This document shows, one piece after another, positions 1 to 11,245 of a stretch of 64,000 nt of DNA. Numbering within the stretch: position 1 is the first letter of the stretch; each line of letters starts with the position of its first letter. Both the position numbers and the translations under genes were made by a program. The notes beneath the pieces are model-generated. The model searched no databases. It was not told the origin of the DNA and saw only the letters and a list, made by a program, of their open reading frames with translations. The DNA is from an uncultured cyanobacterium (GTDB taxonomy: Bacteria; Cyanobacteriota; Cyanobacteriia; Cyanobacteriales; Nostocaceae): NCBI GenBank assembly GCA_963740315.1, contig CAVUDP010000001.1, positions 640,001-704,000 on the forward strand, in the 5' to 3' direction.

Positions 1-381
1 ATAAAAATCGAAATAAACATTTGTTTTTAATAGAATAATATATTTGATTGGTAATGTTTCTATTTAGGAGTTACGCAACCGCAACGAGAAAATAATCATT
101 ATAGCCGTTGCGATCCCCCCAACCCCCCGTATTATTGGGGGGCTTTGCGTAAGTCCTGCTATTATACAATTATGAACTAATTAAAAATGGCTCTTCATCA
201 CATAGTATGCTTTCTTTAAGCCTTAAATACCTCAAATGCTTACTCTACAAAGATTTTAGCCTTTTTAATTAATATTATTTATAAATACCTTTCTTCTTCC
301 CCTACTGCCTATTGCCTACTGCCTACTGTCTCAAAATGACTATTTTAATAGCATACCAAGTGTAGTTAATTGATAATTGTC

Positions 382-3300
382 TCACTCCCATTCCTTAAAT
401 TCATCATTGGTATTACGAAGCAAGGAAGTAAATTGTTGTCGGCGACTTTCAAAGTTGGCTGCAATGAAAATCAAGGCAATTCCAACGAATAAACCTACTA
501 CCCATTTAAGGAAGGGGTAACGCAGAATAAATATTACTAAATGATAAAAAGCTGCGATTAAGAATGTTGCCGTACCAACATATAAAAAGGCGCGTATTCT
601 TAATGCTAATCCTGCAAATATGGCGATCGCGCTAAATATTCCCGGTATTAAAACTGTGTCTTGATGGAATACAGTCGCATATCCACAAATCATTCCACTA
701 CCTAATATTCGTAACCCGTGACGTATTAATTTATTTTGCGGTAGTTTGAGTTGCGAATCAAATTGAGCGATATATAACAACGATAAGCCGATCGAGCAAA
801 TATACCATAAAGCATCGGTTAAATCTAAATCGATAAATCCACGCCACAACGCCCAATTAATTAGCGCCAAACTAATGTAGGTAAAGCGGAATTGTGTTGT
901 AATTTTGGCGATGAAAATATAGTATCCGGCTACAAATAATAAGGAAATCGAATAAACTTCAATTCTGGTTTCCCACAAAGAAATTAACGGAATAACGTAT
1001 GCGGCGATTTGCCAAGGTTTTTTAGACCAGCCCCAACGCTCCCAGGGTAAGATATAAAGTGAATAAGCGATTATACAGGAAACTGCTGCTTGCCAAGGAC
1101 GTATTTGTTCTAAGAAAAAGCGTACTGTTGAAATATCTGGTAAAAAGTATCTCAAACAAACGGCTTGCGCTATACCGATATAAACCCAAATTTCTGCTTC
1201 TGTAATCTTTCCCCGAATCGGTTGCGATGATAAATTAGTCTGTCTTCCTTGAAATATGGCATAGCAAGCTAAAAATAGTTCCGTTGCTAAAGCTAATGTG
1301 TGAGCTTCTATAGGATAATTAATTGCAGCTATTAATAAAACACTAGCTAAAGCCCAGTGAAAATGAGCGAAAATTTTCAATTCTTGGTTACTAAGGCGTA
1401 AATAGCTTGTTAACCAACGCGACAGCAAACGGTAAGCATACACAATAGCTGTAGCGAGAGTAGCAAAAGCAATCCAACCATCACCAACAGCACCACCCGA
1501 CATTTGCATCAGTTGGTATACCAACAGTTCGTATGCAGCAATTGATACGCCGATAAGCCCTAAATACAGCAGTGGTTTTAACTTCCAATCGCGCTTTCCG
1601 ACACCAATTACAATTAAAGCCACACCCAATGTAGATAAACCAGTCCAACTATCGAAAGTATTCCAGCGTAAAAGCACGCCAAAACCAGCATACAGCAAAG
1701 GTAGAATATGCCAGCGGTTGGGAAGTCTAGTTAATTGGTGCTTGGATTGCCACCACTCACCGAATAATTGCGTAATTAAACCCAAACCGATATTTGCGAT
1801 CGCCACATAAATAAATTGCCTCCCTCCAATCCCCAGTATTTCAACAACCAGCAATTCCACAGCCCAAGCAATACCGTAAAATGTCCAATTGTTGGGTTGT
1901 TGCCAATGGCGAAAAGATAAAGCTACTAAAATAATAGCTGCGGAAATTGCAGATAATAAAATATCAGATTCAGCAAACAAGTAAACCCAAAGAGCGTGTA
2001 AACTCAGCAACAACAACTCGCAACCGCAAAGCGTACTAGCCCAAAAATCAGTAGCAACTGCATATATACTTGTTAATTCATTTCTTCCCTTCAATATGCG
2101 AATTACCCACAAACCCAGAATCATAACCGCAGTGAAAACAAACCAACCTGCATAGGATAATGAAGCACCTTCCCATACCGCCGCCAAGATAAAACTTAAA
2201 CAAAATCCTACCGTAATTACCGCAGACAAATTGTTTCTTAAATATCTCGTATTAACAAACATTACTGCCGCACCTACAGCTAAACCGATTAACCTAATTC
2301 CAGGCAAGGGTAAAGTTAAGAGTTGAGCTGCGACGATCGCTAAAACACTAATTTTTTGTTTATTTACTCCTTCCCTGCTGCGACTAGCAATAACACTCAG
2401 CGTTACAGGTGTAGCTAACCAACTTAATCCCCAACTTGATTGATTTATATAAATACCATTCCAAAGCGCATTTGCATTTGTCGCCAACAGCAAATAACTC
2501 AAACCTGCAAGCGCCAAACCGATGTGCCATGCACTACCTTGCCAAACACCACCGCCAACGCTAAACAACCATTCCGCCACCATTACAACCAAGCAAACAA
2601 CCGCCCAAACTTGTTGTGAAAGACTTGGGAAAAATAAATTTATCCAAGAGAAAAGGGTAAGTATGGCGGTGATGTGAGTTAGGTAGGTGAGGGGGAGATG
2701 GGGAGAGGGGGAAGAGGGGGAGAGGGGGAGAGGGGGTAGAGGGGGTAGAGGGGGGAGAAGATATTCTATTGAAGTGTTGGTAGGTGACTACTGCTAGAGC
2801 GATCGCAGATAAAAGTAAATTGAGGGAGCGTAATATAGGGTTGAATAAAGCGACTGCGGTTAAAGCAACTCCCAAAATTAAGGTTAATTGTTCGCCAAAG
2901 CTTGCTAAATCAAGTTTATTTGTAGTGCGAGCATCTTGCCCGCTAGAATTAGAAACATCCTGCCCGCTAGAATTAGAAACATCCTGCCCGCTAGAATTAG
3001 AAACATCCTGCCCGCTAAATTTAGAAACACCTTGCCCGCTTAATTTAGAAACACCTTGCTCGCTTGGTTTAGTAGTGCGAGCATCTTGCTCGCTTCCATT
3101 AAAAACACCTTGCCCGCTTAATTTAGAAACATCCTGCCCGCTTAATTTAGAAACATCTTGCTCGCTTGGATTAGAAACATCTTGCTCGCTATTAGAAACA
3201 TCCTGCCCGCTAAATTTAAAAACACCTTGCCCGCTTAATTTAGAAACACCTTGCTTGCTTAATTTCTCCCTACGTCTCAAATTATCCGTAAACGCCAGCA

Positions 3301-4717
3301 TAAAAATGATGTAGGGAAATAACCCCACACTCAATAACGCCCAAGGATGATTTTGAGAATTGGTAAATTGAGTAGCGGTTGTAATAATCGAAGATTGAAA
3401 ATCAGTAGGTAATAATCGCCAACCCAACCACATTGACTGCAAGCCAATAACAAATATTGCTGTTAAATCTCTTTTTAAACTATATAAATGCAAGCGACTG
3501 TAGAAAAACCATAAACCCAAACCGCTAAGTGCGATCGCTTGTAAAGGATTATTTTCAATCGTTACATACCAACCGAGGAATAGTAAGACACCACCGATGG
3601 CTTGGGAAGGAAAGGTGGGGAGATTGGGGGATAGGGGGATGGGGGGAGTGGGAGAAGAAATTTCCCCTTGTCTCCTTGTCCCCTCGTCCCTTTGTCCCCT
3701 TTTTACTTTGTCTTCTCGCAGCGCCAGCCAACCTATTAACCAACCGTAAATACCAATAGCTAAACCTAAATTTTCAATCTCTACACTGTATGCAAAAATT
3801 GCTCGTAGCAATACCAGCATTGAGGCGTAAACGATCGCGGCAGCAGGTACGTTTTTCCCCCAAGATAATTGAGATAAGCTGCTTTTTTCTTCCTCTTCCC
3901 TTTCTTCGCTCTCTTTCTCAACACGGTTTTCTTGAAAAACAGTAATTAAAGTTGTGACTATAACAGCTAAATAAACTGCAATCAAAGGGAATCCGGAAAA
4001 CTTCCAACCCCAATGCAGGTAACTCAACCCAAGAATATTTATTAAAGATAATTTATTAGCTGCAACACTTCGGGTAAATATTGATTTGGAAAGTAATACA
4101 GTTATTCCCGTTAAAATAATTGCAGCAATGCCAACTAAAATCAAGTTTATGGGATTCTGCCACAAACCAAAGCTATCCATTGCCCAAAAGTTAATCGGAA
4201 TCAGTAGCATTGTGACAATATGCAAAGCGCTACTTGTCAACCGTAAATTTGCTTGTTTCCCAGTCCACAAACCCAGTCCCCAAAAACCCAAGGTGTAAGC
4301 AAATAAAACGGAATATTGTAAGAAAGCCGTAAATCTTTCCCACTGACTTGCAGCAAGCGCTCCAGAGGAAATTACTACGGTAAACATTCCTAAAAATAAT
4401 AACCAACGGACGCTTAATTCTGCCCGTAGCGATCGCCACATAGTACCGAACAAGCCTGGTGTCGCGATTACTTTGGGCTTTTGGGCAGGTTTACTAGGTT
4501 GTAAAATAACTTCAGTTTGCGTTTGAGCTACAGTTTGAGGCTGCACAACTAACTGACAAATTAGATATTGTTGGCATATATGCTTAACTTGAGCATCAGA
4601 TATCAAATTCAAGCGCAACAATTCGTCAAACCCTTGCAATAACTGCGGATGATTGGAAGGAAGCCTGACTTCAAGATTAATCGGACGATTAGATTTGGAT
4701 GACATAATGTAACTCAC
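382..4717 (-). pseudogene. Large polytopic membrane protein (DUF2157-like) split by a frameshift in a G-rich repeat tract near 2690-2760
   Basis: ORFs 2561..4717 and 382..2592 are both highly hydrophobic. The second frame continues upstream as LTYLTHITAILTLFSWINLFF back to the repeat tract, so they form one gene. Could be a real lesion or an assembly error. Confidence 0.7.
2921..3262. repeat. Intragenic ~24-bp tandem repeat anchored on REP-like GTAGTGCGAGCATCTTGC(T/C)CGCT units
   Basis: Repeated GCCCGCT(A/T)(A/G)AT TTAGAAACA(T/C)C(C/T)T units that translate on the - strand as SGQDVSN/SEQDARTT. Confidence 0.85.
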
Positions 4718-4906
4718 CCTAGTAACACAATAATTACATCATTCCTTAGATGTATATATTGGTGTGAGTTGTTTATGACACTTCAGCGGCTGAATCAGGT
4801 AAGTAGCTGGTTGCAATTAACCGCACAATTATATATTTTTTTTAAAACCGGAAATCCTGCGATCGCATTTGTAGCAAAAAGTATCATATGACAATGGAAA
4901 AATCTG

Positions 4907-5473
4907 ATGCCAAATACTTTCGTAAAATTACAACAAGGTTCAACAGGTCCAGATGTGATTAGATTACAACAGGACTTACAACAGCTTAATTATTATTCTG
5001 GTGGAATTGATGGTCAATTTGGACCAATAACAAAACAAGCTGTAATTGCTTTTCAAAAAGCTCAAGGATTTACTGCTGACGGAATCGTCGATCGAAATAT
5101 ATGGTCAGAAATAGAACGAATACTTTGCTTTCCCTACCCAATAAATCAATGGCGACGGATGACTCAGACAGAGGAAATCAATGAAATTAAAGCCTTAATT
5201 AATAGTCCCATTGGTATAGCTGCATTAAATCAGCTAGCTTTAGAAAGGTTTGTTGGTTTTAATTGTACCCGCAGTTTTTATCTTATTGAAGATTCACCAG
5301 GCGGATATACTTTAATGCGCGTGAAATGCGATCCACCAGGGGGTGTTTCTGCGGCGGTTGGTTTTCATGAAATTCGAGTCATATTCAATCGCTTTGAAGG
5401 TAATATTGAAGGTTTTGATATGGAACGTGTAAATACAGATGGTGGTCGTGCGATAATCCAACTACCCTCTTAG
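4907..5473 (+). CDS. Peptidoglycan-binding domain protein with uncharacterised C-terminal domain
   Basis: N-terminal LQQGSTGPDVIRLQQDL...DGQFGPITKQAVIAFQ...ADGIVD is the PG_binding_1 pattern. Confidence 0.8.
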   Translation: MPNTFVKLQQGSTGPDVIRLQQDLQQLNYYSGGIDGQFGPITKQAVIAFQKAQGFTADGIVDRNIWSEIERILCFPYPINQWRRMTQTEEINEIKALINSPIGIAALNQLALERFVGFNCTRSFYLIEDSPGGYTLMRVKCDPPGGVSAAVGFHEIRVIFNRFEGNIEGFDMERVNTDGGRAIIQLPS

Positions 5474-5573
5474 ATTTTTGCAGGTTGCGCTGAAGTATCC
5501 CAACCAAAAAAAACATTAAAACATTATCTTGATTAAACGCAGAGGAACACAGAGGAAGTTTAAAAATATAATT

Positions 5574-5612
5574 AAGGCATCTTGCACAATTTTGTACAGA
5601 TGCCTTTATTTT
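5574..5612. terminator. Probable bidirectional intrinsic terminator between convergent genes
   Basis: AAGGCATCT...AGATGCCTT inverted repeat followed by a T-tract, between the PG-binding gene and the photolyase. Confidence 0.55.
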
Positions 5613-5614
5613 AA

Positions 5615-7063
5615 TTACCCTAATGTTGCAACTCTATTTTTTTGATTTTTATACATTTCCTTAAACACTTTTTGCTGGTGTTTATGCTCTACAATTGGTT
5701 CGGGATAACCAACAGCTTGACGTTCTAAAGGTGTAATTTTTCCTGTTACTAAATACTCGGCATCCATTGAACTTAATTCGGGCACCCATCGCCGAATATA
5801 TTCGCCTTCAAAGTCAAATTTTTGTGCTTGAGATGCAGGATTAAAAATCCTTACTGGTTTGGGGTCCATTCCACTAGAAGCACTCCATTGCCAACCACCA
5901 TTATTAGCAGATAAATCCCCATCAATTAATCTTTGCATAAAGTATTTTTCACCTAATTGAGGATTAATTAATAAGTCTTTGGTGAGGAAACTTGCAACAA
6001 TCATTCGACAGCGATTGTGCATCCACCCGATTTCATTTAATTGTCGCATTGCAGCATCAACTATGGGATATCCAGTTTTTCCTTCACACCAAGCTTGAAA
6101 ATGCTCTTCGTTAGTTTCCCAAGGAAAGTTTTTGAAAGCATCGCGATAAGCACCCGCTGCTAATTCCGGAAAATGATACATTGCATGTTGATAAAATTCT
6201 CGCCATGCAATTTCTTTTTGCCAAGTACGAATATTAGTTTCTAATTCGTCGCTGCGGCTGTTTTCTAACGCATCTTCGGTAGCTTTCCAAACAGTACGAA
6301 TTCCAATCGCACCAAATTTTAAAGCCGCACTTAATCTTGATGTACCGTCAATTGCAGGGAAGTTTCTTTGTTGTTGATATTCATTAATAGCGCTGTAACA
6401 AAATTCTTCTAACCTATCTTGCGCCGCTTCTTCACCAGGTTCAATAATTAATTCTCCATCCCAATTAAATCCCAAATCTTTCGCCGTTGGTAATTCCACA
6501 ACTCCCGCTTTGGTTGCCGTTTCTTGTTCGGATGCTGTCAATCCCTCGAATTTATCCGCAATTTCCACTGGAGAATCTTTAGGTTTGCTAATCCAGTTCT
6601 TCCAAAAAGGAGTATAAACAGTATAAGGAGTATCCGAACCCGTGCGAATCAAATCTGGCGAATTTAATAATTGATCCCAATTCTTTTCTAAATGCTCAGT
6701 ACCTTGTTTTTGAAGCGCATCAATAACACCCGTATCTCGCTCTTGAGAATATGGTTCCACATCCCAATTCCAAAATACAGCTTTAGCATTTAAAGCAAGC
6801 GCTAACTTGGGAACTGCTACAAGCGGGTTATCCTGAAGAATCAACAATTGACTGCCTGCTCTGGCGTATCTTTCCTGGAGTTTCTGCAAACAGCCAATCA
6901 TATAAGTCACCCTAACAGCCGCAACATCATCCCCGTTGAGAATATTCGGATCGAGACAGAAAACACCCACCACCTTACGAGTTTTTTCCAATGCAGCAGC
7001 GATTCCAGTATTATCAGAAATTCGTAAATCGCGACGATGCCAAAACAAAATTAAATCGGACAT
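5615..7063 (-). CDS. phrA: Deoxyribodipyrimidine photolyase (class I CPD photolyase)
   Basis: WHRRDLRISDN N-terminus; GKTGYPIVDAAMRQL, WMHNRCRMIVASFL, ANNGGWQW and RIFNP FAD-binding motifs. Confidence 0.95.
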   Translation of the reverse strand: MSDLILFWHRRDLRISDNTGIAAALEKTRKVVGVFCLDPNILNGDDVAAVRVTYMIGCLQKLQERYARAGSQLLILQDNPLVAVPKLALALNAKAVFWNWDVEPYSQERDTGVIDALQKQGTEHLEKNWDQLLNSPDLIRTGSDTPYTVYTPFWKNWISKPKDSPVEIADKFEGLTASEQETATKAGVVELPTAKDLGFNWDGELIIEPGEEAAQDRLEEFCYSAINEYQQQRNFPAIDGTSRLSAALKFGAIGIRTVWKATEDALENSRSDELETNIRTWQKEIAWREFYQHAMYHFPELAAGAYRDAFKNFPWETNEEHFQAWCEGKTGYPIVDAAMRQLNEIGWMHNRCRMIVASFLTKDLLINPQLGEKYFMQRLIDGDLSANNGGWQWSASSGMDPKPVRIFNPASQAQKFDFEGEYIRRWVPELSSMDAEYLVTGKITPLERQAVGYPEPIVEHKHQQKVFKEMYKNQKNRVATLG

Positions 7064-7237
7064 ATATCTATTATTAGTTCTATTGTACTAAAGTGTAGAT
7101 AATCAAATACAATAGCATATCAAAGTCAGTTAGAAGCATCCCAATCAAAAAATAGGGACGCTATATTGAACAGCACCCCCGATAAGAAGTATTTTATTTA
7201 GTTAATAACTTAAAACTCTAAAATTAACTTATTTACT

Positions 7238-8014
7238 TTAACCTTTAACCTCTAACTTTTGACCTACAATAGAAGGTTGTTCTTGTTTCGCCATATTTTG
7301 AGGAACAAGCTCTCCTTTCAAACCATATTTAACTAAGCCCATATACTCATACAACATCAACATTGCTTTTCTAGTTTGAGTTAAATGGGGAACTGGACTT
7401 TGATGCGGAATTACTTCAAACCCCATATTGCGAAATGTTAAGAGCGATCGCAACATATGAGGGGGATCTGTGACCAAAATAATTCGCTTAACTCCTTGAG
7501 GTTCGAGTATGGAAGCGGTAAATAAAGCATTTTCTTTAGTAGTTCTCGAACAGTGTTCTTCTTCAAGAGCTTGTGTGGGGATACCTTTAGACTCTAACTT
7601 TTTAACTATTTCAGTTCCGTCACCAGAGCCGCTAGCGAAAATTAAAGGTGCCCTTTGCGATTCCCAAAGATTTGCTGCAACTTTAACTCTTGAATCTCTA
7701 AATGGTTCTCCCCGTCCTAGAATTACAATAGCATCTGCTGTTTGACCTCTATCGGGAGGAACAAATGCAATTAAACCCTTATTTGCGACGGCTGTAATTA
7801 AAGGAAATTGAGCGCTAATATAAGTTAGTAATAATAAAGTTCCGAAGCCACTCCACAAACGTTTCCAACGGAATCGGGGAATAATCCAAGGTAAGAAAAT
7901 CAGAAACAATAGCGGTAATACTACTAAAGTTGGAGTCATTAACCAGTCGGCGATCGCTGATTTAAGTTCGAGCCACTGGCTAACAGGACGATGACATAAA
8001 GCTGGATCGAGCAT
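7238..8014 (-). CDS. YdcF/DUF218 family membrane protein
   Basis: N-terminal TM helices; DAIVILG, SRTTKENA and LVTDPPHMLRS motifs. Confidence 0.85.
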   Translation of the reverse strand: MLDPALCHRPVSQWLELKSAIADWLMTPTLVVLPLLFLIFLPWIIPRFRWKRLWSGFGTLLLLTYISAQFPLITAVANKGLIAFVPPDRGQTADAIVILGRGEPFRDSRVKVAANLWESQRAPLIFASGSGDGTEIVKKLESKGIPTQALEEEHCSRTTKENALFTASILEPQGVKRIILVTDPPHMLRSLLTFRNMGFEVIPHQSPVPHLTQTRKAMLMLYEYMGLVKYGLKGELVPQNMAKQEQPSIVGQKLEVKG

Positions 8015-8354
8015 TGAATTTATCTTGTTAAGAAATGTGAATGTTTACAGTTATATTAAACTACTTTTTCAATAGATGCCCGTTTGCTTTAAAACCTTAT
8101 AAAAACTTTCGTCAAGGAGATACAGTCGAGATAAAAGGTTGGTTCAATAGCGATAAATTTAAACTATTAATTTTTTACTTATATAAATTAAATAAACCCG
8201 ATTTATTCCGGATAATATTATTGATTTGTATCGAAATTTCTGTAATCAAAAATACATTTCCGTTTTTTCATCAGGACTTATGCGACTCTAAGAAGAAATT
8301 AAATATTTATAAGAGTATGTTTGGAAAGCTATTAATACAACTCGAAACTTTTGA

Positions 8355-8433
8355 GATCCCCCTAAATCCCCCTTACAGAAGGGGGACTTTGATTCCGATT
8401 CCCCCCTTTTTTAAGGGGGGTTAGGGGGGATCG
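8355..8433. repeat. Cyanobacterial CCCCCTAAATCCCCCTT...AAGGGGG REP-like palindrome (relatives near 113-145, 19418-19487 and 50580-50645)
   Basis: GATCCCCCTAAATCCCCCTT...AAGGGGGGTTAGGGGGGATC nested inverted repeats. Confidence 0.75.
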
Positions 8434-8635
8434 ATAAGTGCAAGATACAGCTAACCACTTTTCAAACATCCTAATAGCAAAAATTTATAGGTACATTCCC
8501 GGTTTGAAGAAGGTAACGAATTAATTACAAAAGTTTAAGTGATGGAAAAGTATCCAGGGGATGAGAAAATTGTGATGGGTAATATGTCGCTGATGGCAAA
8601 TTACCTAGAAAATTTATGGAATTAATTTTGACATT

Positions 8636-9271
8636 ATGATTATGCAAACTAAAGTTTTAGCAGATCCTCGTATTAAGTTAATCACTGCTGCATCTCGCTT
8701 TTACCATCAGGGTTGGATGGTGGGAACAGCGGGGAATCTCTCAACTCGTTTACCCGACGGTAGCTTTTGGATTACAGGCAGTGGATGCTCGAAGGGAGAG
8801 TTAACGCTTGCTGATTTCGTTCGTATTTATCCAGATGGAACAGAAGAATCCTTAGATGATTTGAAGCCTTCGTCGGAAACTCCCATTCACCAATGCATTT
8901 ATAATTTGTTTCCAGAAGCACAAAGTTGCTATCACGTCCACTCAATAGATGCCAACTTGGCTTCGAGTTTAGCAGAAGCAGGTAAACTACCTTTACCATC
9001 CTTAGAAATGCTCAAAGGATTGGGAATTCGGGAAGAAAATCCTTGTTGTTTGATGCCAGTTTTCCACAACTATCTACAGGTAAATCGGATCGCAGATGAA
9101 ATCACAGAACGCTTTAGCAAAAATCCCCCTAAAATACCAGCTTTATTAGTTCGCAACCACGGCGTAACAGTTTGGGCAAACTCTACCGAACAAGCACGGA
9201 ACTATATCGAAACATTAGAGTATATTTTTCGCTACATGGTAGCAGCACGACGGATGCAGTTAGGAAGGTGA
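8636..9271 (+). CDS. mtnB: Methylthioribulose-1-phosphate dehydratase (class II aldolase fold)
   Basis: GWMVGTAGNLS, ITGSGCSKG, KPSSETPIH, HVHS, LEMLKG and NHGVTVW motifs. Confidence 0.9.
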   Translation: MIMQTKVLADPRIKLITAASRFYHQGWMVGTAGNLSTRLPDGSFWITGSGCSKGELTLADFVRIYPDGTEESLDDLKPSSETPIHQCIYNLFPEAQSCYHVHSIDANLASSLAEAGKLPLPSLEMLKGLGIREENPCCLMPVFHNYLQVNRIADEITERFSKNPPKIPALLVRNHGVTVWANSTEQARNYIETLEYIFRYMVAARRMQLGR

Positions 9272-9354
9272 GATGAAGGGATGGGGGGATGGGGAGATGG
9301 GGAGATGGGGGGATGGGGGGATGGGGGGATGGGGAGATGGGGGGATGGGGAGAT
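9272..9354. repeat. Heptameric short tandem repeat (STRR), GGG(G/A)GAT type
   Basis: Directly visible tandem GGGGGAT/GGGAGAT units. Confidence 0.9.
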
Positions 9355-9469
9355 TTTTTGTTTAATTAGATATAGTCGTTCTAATTTCTTTAGTGTTTGT
9401 ATCTTGCGAACAGATGTATTACATCGTAGCTGAATTGCCTTATCCAATTGTTGCTCATTTACAACTGTT

Positions 9470-9541
9470 AACCGATAACTAATAACTATTAACTGATAAT
9501 TGATAATTGATAATTGATCGTTGATAAGTGATAACTGATAA
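9470..9541. repeat. Heptameric STRR, TGATAA(C/T) type
   Basis: Tandem degenerate TGATAAY units immediately before the amidotransferase start. Confidence 0.8.
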
Positions 9542-10311
9542 TGTGTCAACTACTGGGGATGAATTGCAATGTACCCACTGATATTTGCTTTTCTTTTGAA
9601 GGCTTTTCGGCGCGGGGGGGTAAAACTGACGATCATAAAGATGGTTGGGGTATTGCTTTCTTTGAGGGAAAGGGTTGTCGGATTTTTATGGATGCTAAAT
9701 CTTCGGTTAATTCTCAGATTGCGGATTTTGTGCGCCGTTATCCCATTCATTCAACTCATGCGATCGCGCATATTCGTAAAGCGACTCAAGGTGAAATTGT
9801 CTTAGAAAACACTCATCCTTTTCGTAGGGAATTATGGGGAAGAAATTGGGTTTTTGCTCATAATGGCGATTTACCAGACTTTAATTTGCCATTTATGGAT
9901 TTTTACGAACCTGTAGGTAATACTGACAGTGAAAAAGCATTCTGCTTAATTTTAGAAAGTTTGAGACAACAATTTCCGATGGTGAAACCGCCTTTAGAAC
10001 CATTACTTACAGTTCTTAAGAGAATCACTAAAAAAATTGCTAAACACGGTATATTTAACTATTTATTAACAGACGGCGAACACTTTTTTGCTCACAGTTC
10101 AACCAAGCTTTGTTACATTATCCGGCAAGCTCCTTTTGCTGCGGCTCATTTAATTGATGAAGATGTAACTGTAGATTTTAACGAATTAACTCGTCCAAGC
10201 GATAGAGTTGCTGTTATTGCTACTACACCCCTTACAGATAACGAAGTTTGGACGCAAATTCAACCGGGAGAATTACTAACATTTCGCGATGGAGAACCCG
10301 TTAATTTATAG
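9541..10311 (+). CDS. Class II glutamine amidotransferase (YafJ/EgtC-like Ntn hydrolase)
   Basis: N-terminal MCQLLG nucleophile; DGWG, AHIRKAT, NTHPF, FAHNG and TDSE motifs. Confidence 0.9.
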   Translation: MCQLLGMNCNVPTDICFSFEGFSARGGKTDDHKDGWGIAFFEGKGCRIFMDAKSSVNSQIADFVRRYPIHSTHAIAHIRKATQGEIVLENTHPFRRELWGRNWVFAHNGDLPDFNLPFMDFYEPVGNTDSEKAFCLILESLRQQFPMVKPPLEPLLTVLKRITKKIAKHGIFNYLLTDGEHFFAHSSTKLCYIIRQAPFAAAHLIDEDVTVDFNELTRPSDRVAVIATTPLTDNEVWTQIQPGELLTFRDGEPVNL

Positions 10312-10317
10312 GAGTTA

Positions 10318-10389
10318 GGGGGTAGAGGGGGTAGAGGGGGTAGAGGGGGTAGAGGGGGTAGAGGGGGTAGAGGGGGTAGAGGGGGTAGA
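10318..10389. repeat. Perfect nonamer tandem repeat (GGGGGTAGA) x8
   Basis: Directly visible. Confidence 0.95.
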
Positions 10390-10442
10390 ACAAGTTAGAA
10401 GTTATAAGTTCAAAACTGTTAACCTTTAACATGCAGACCTTT

Positions 10443-11183
10443 TTAACCTTTAACCTTAATTAACTCCCATCCTTTTCTAACTCTAACTTGCGCCCATCTA
10501 ATATAAGGAACAATAAATAGCTTAATTAAGAAGGGAATAATTGTCATTGCGGCGAGAACAATTAAAGCTAATATTTTGATCGCGATAATTTGTAGGTCTT
10601 TAACTAAGTTCTGCACTCCGATAACAATGTTTTGAGAATCTTCTCGAATTGTCTCAAGATAAGGAATGCTGCCAACTACTTCGCTAAATTGACTGAGAAT
10701 AACAAAGTTGTTTTCTAAGATATTTTTTACGTCTGTTAATCCCGGTACTGGAATATCGAAGCCGGGAATAGTAGGCATTGCAACTGATATATCTTGCATT
10801 CTAATATTGACTTTAGGAGGAAATTCACCGCTAATTCTGACATCTGGTTTTACAGGTAGTTGTAAATTGGGAATTCCCAGATTGGGTAAACTTACTTTTT
10901 CTGGTATATATAAATTATCAACTTTTTTTAATGCTTCTTTTATTTCTTGATTAACTTGTTGAATTGGTTCTAATGACTTTCCTATTGCTTCTCCTGCTTG
11001 TTCTGCACTGGTTCTAGCTTGGGTAAGAGTCGTGTTGATTTGATTTACTGGTCCGCTGATAAATGTTGTCACATCGTTAATGACAGTTAACAGAGTAATA
11101 GTAAATGTCGTAATTAGAATTACTGGCATCAAAGCGTAAATTACGATTAATAAACCGTTGATTTTTCGGAAAATACTATTCAT
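10443..11183 (-). CDS. Hypothetical two-TM protein with helical/Pro-rich hairpin (paralogue B)
   Basis: ORF from ATG MNSIFRK; N- and C-terminal hydrophobic helices; central IPEKVSLPNLGIPNLQLPVKP...MPTIPGFDIP. Confidence 0.75.
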   Translation of the reverse strand: MNSIFRKINGLLIVIYALMPVILITTFTITLLTVINDVTTFISGPVNQINTTLTQARTSAEQAGEAIGKSLEPIQQVNQEIKEALKKVDNLYIPEKVSLPNLGIPNLQLPVKPDVRISGEFPPKVNIRMQDISVAMPTIPGFDIPVPGLTDVKNILENNFVILSQFSEVVGSIPYLETIREDSQNIVIGVQNLVKDLQIIAIKILALIVLAAMTIIPFLIKLFIVPYIRWAQVRVRKGWELIKVKG

Positions 11184-11245
11184 ACTTTTGTTCTCGATAT
11201 AATGATGCTTTAATATCAACCCGTTTTCTATTACCGACTGTTTAT

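Noticed and set aside
2784..3314. 176-aa + strand ORF with CPLNLET repeats
   Set aside because: Antisense shadow of the intragenic 24-bp repeat
8041..8424. 127-aa ORF
   Set aside because: Low-complexity AT-rich intergenic DNA ending in a REP palindrome; no recognisable motifs
9232..9549. 105-aa ORF rich in Pro/His/Ile
   Set aside because: Translation of two STRR tracts, antisense to flanking genes
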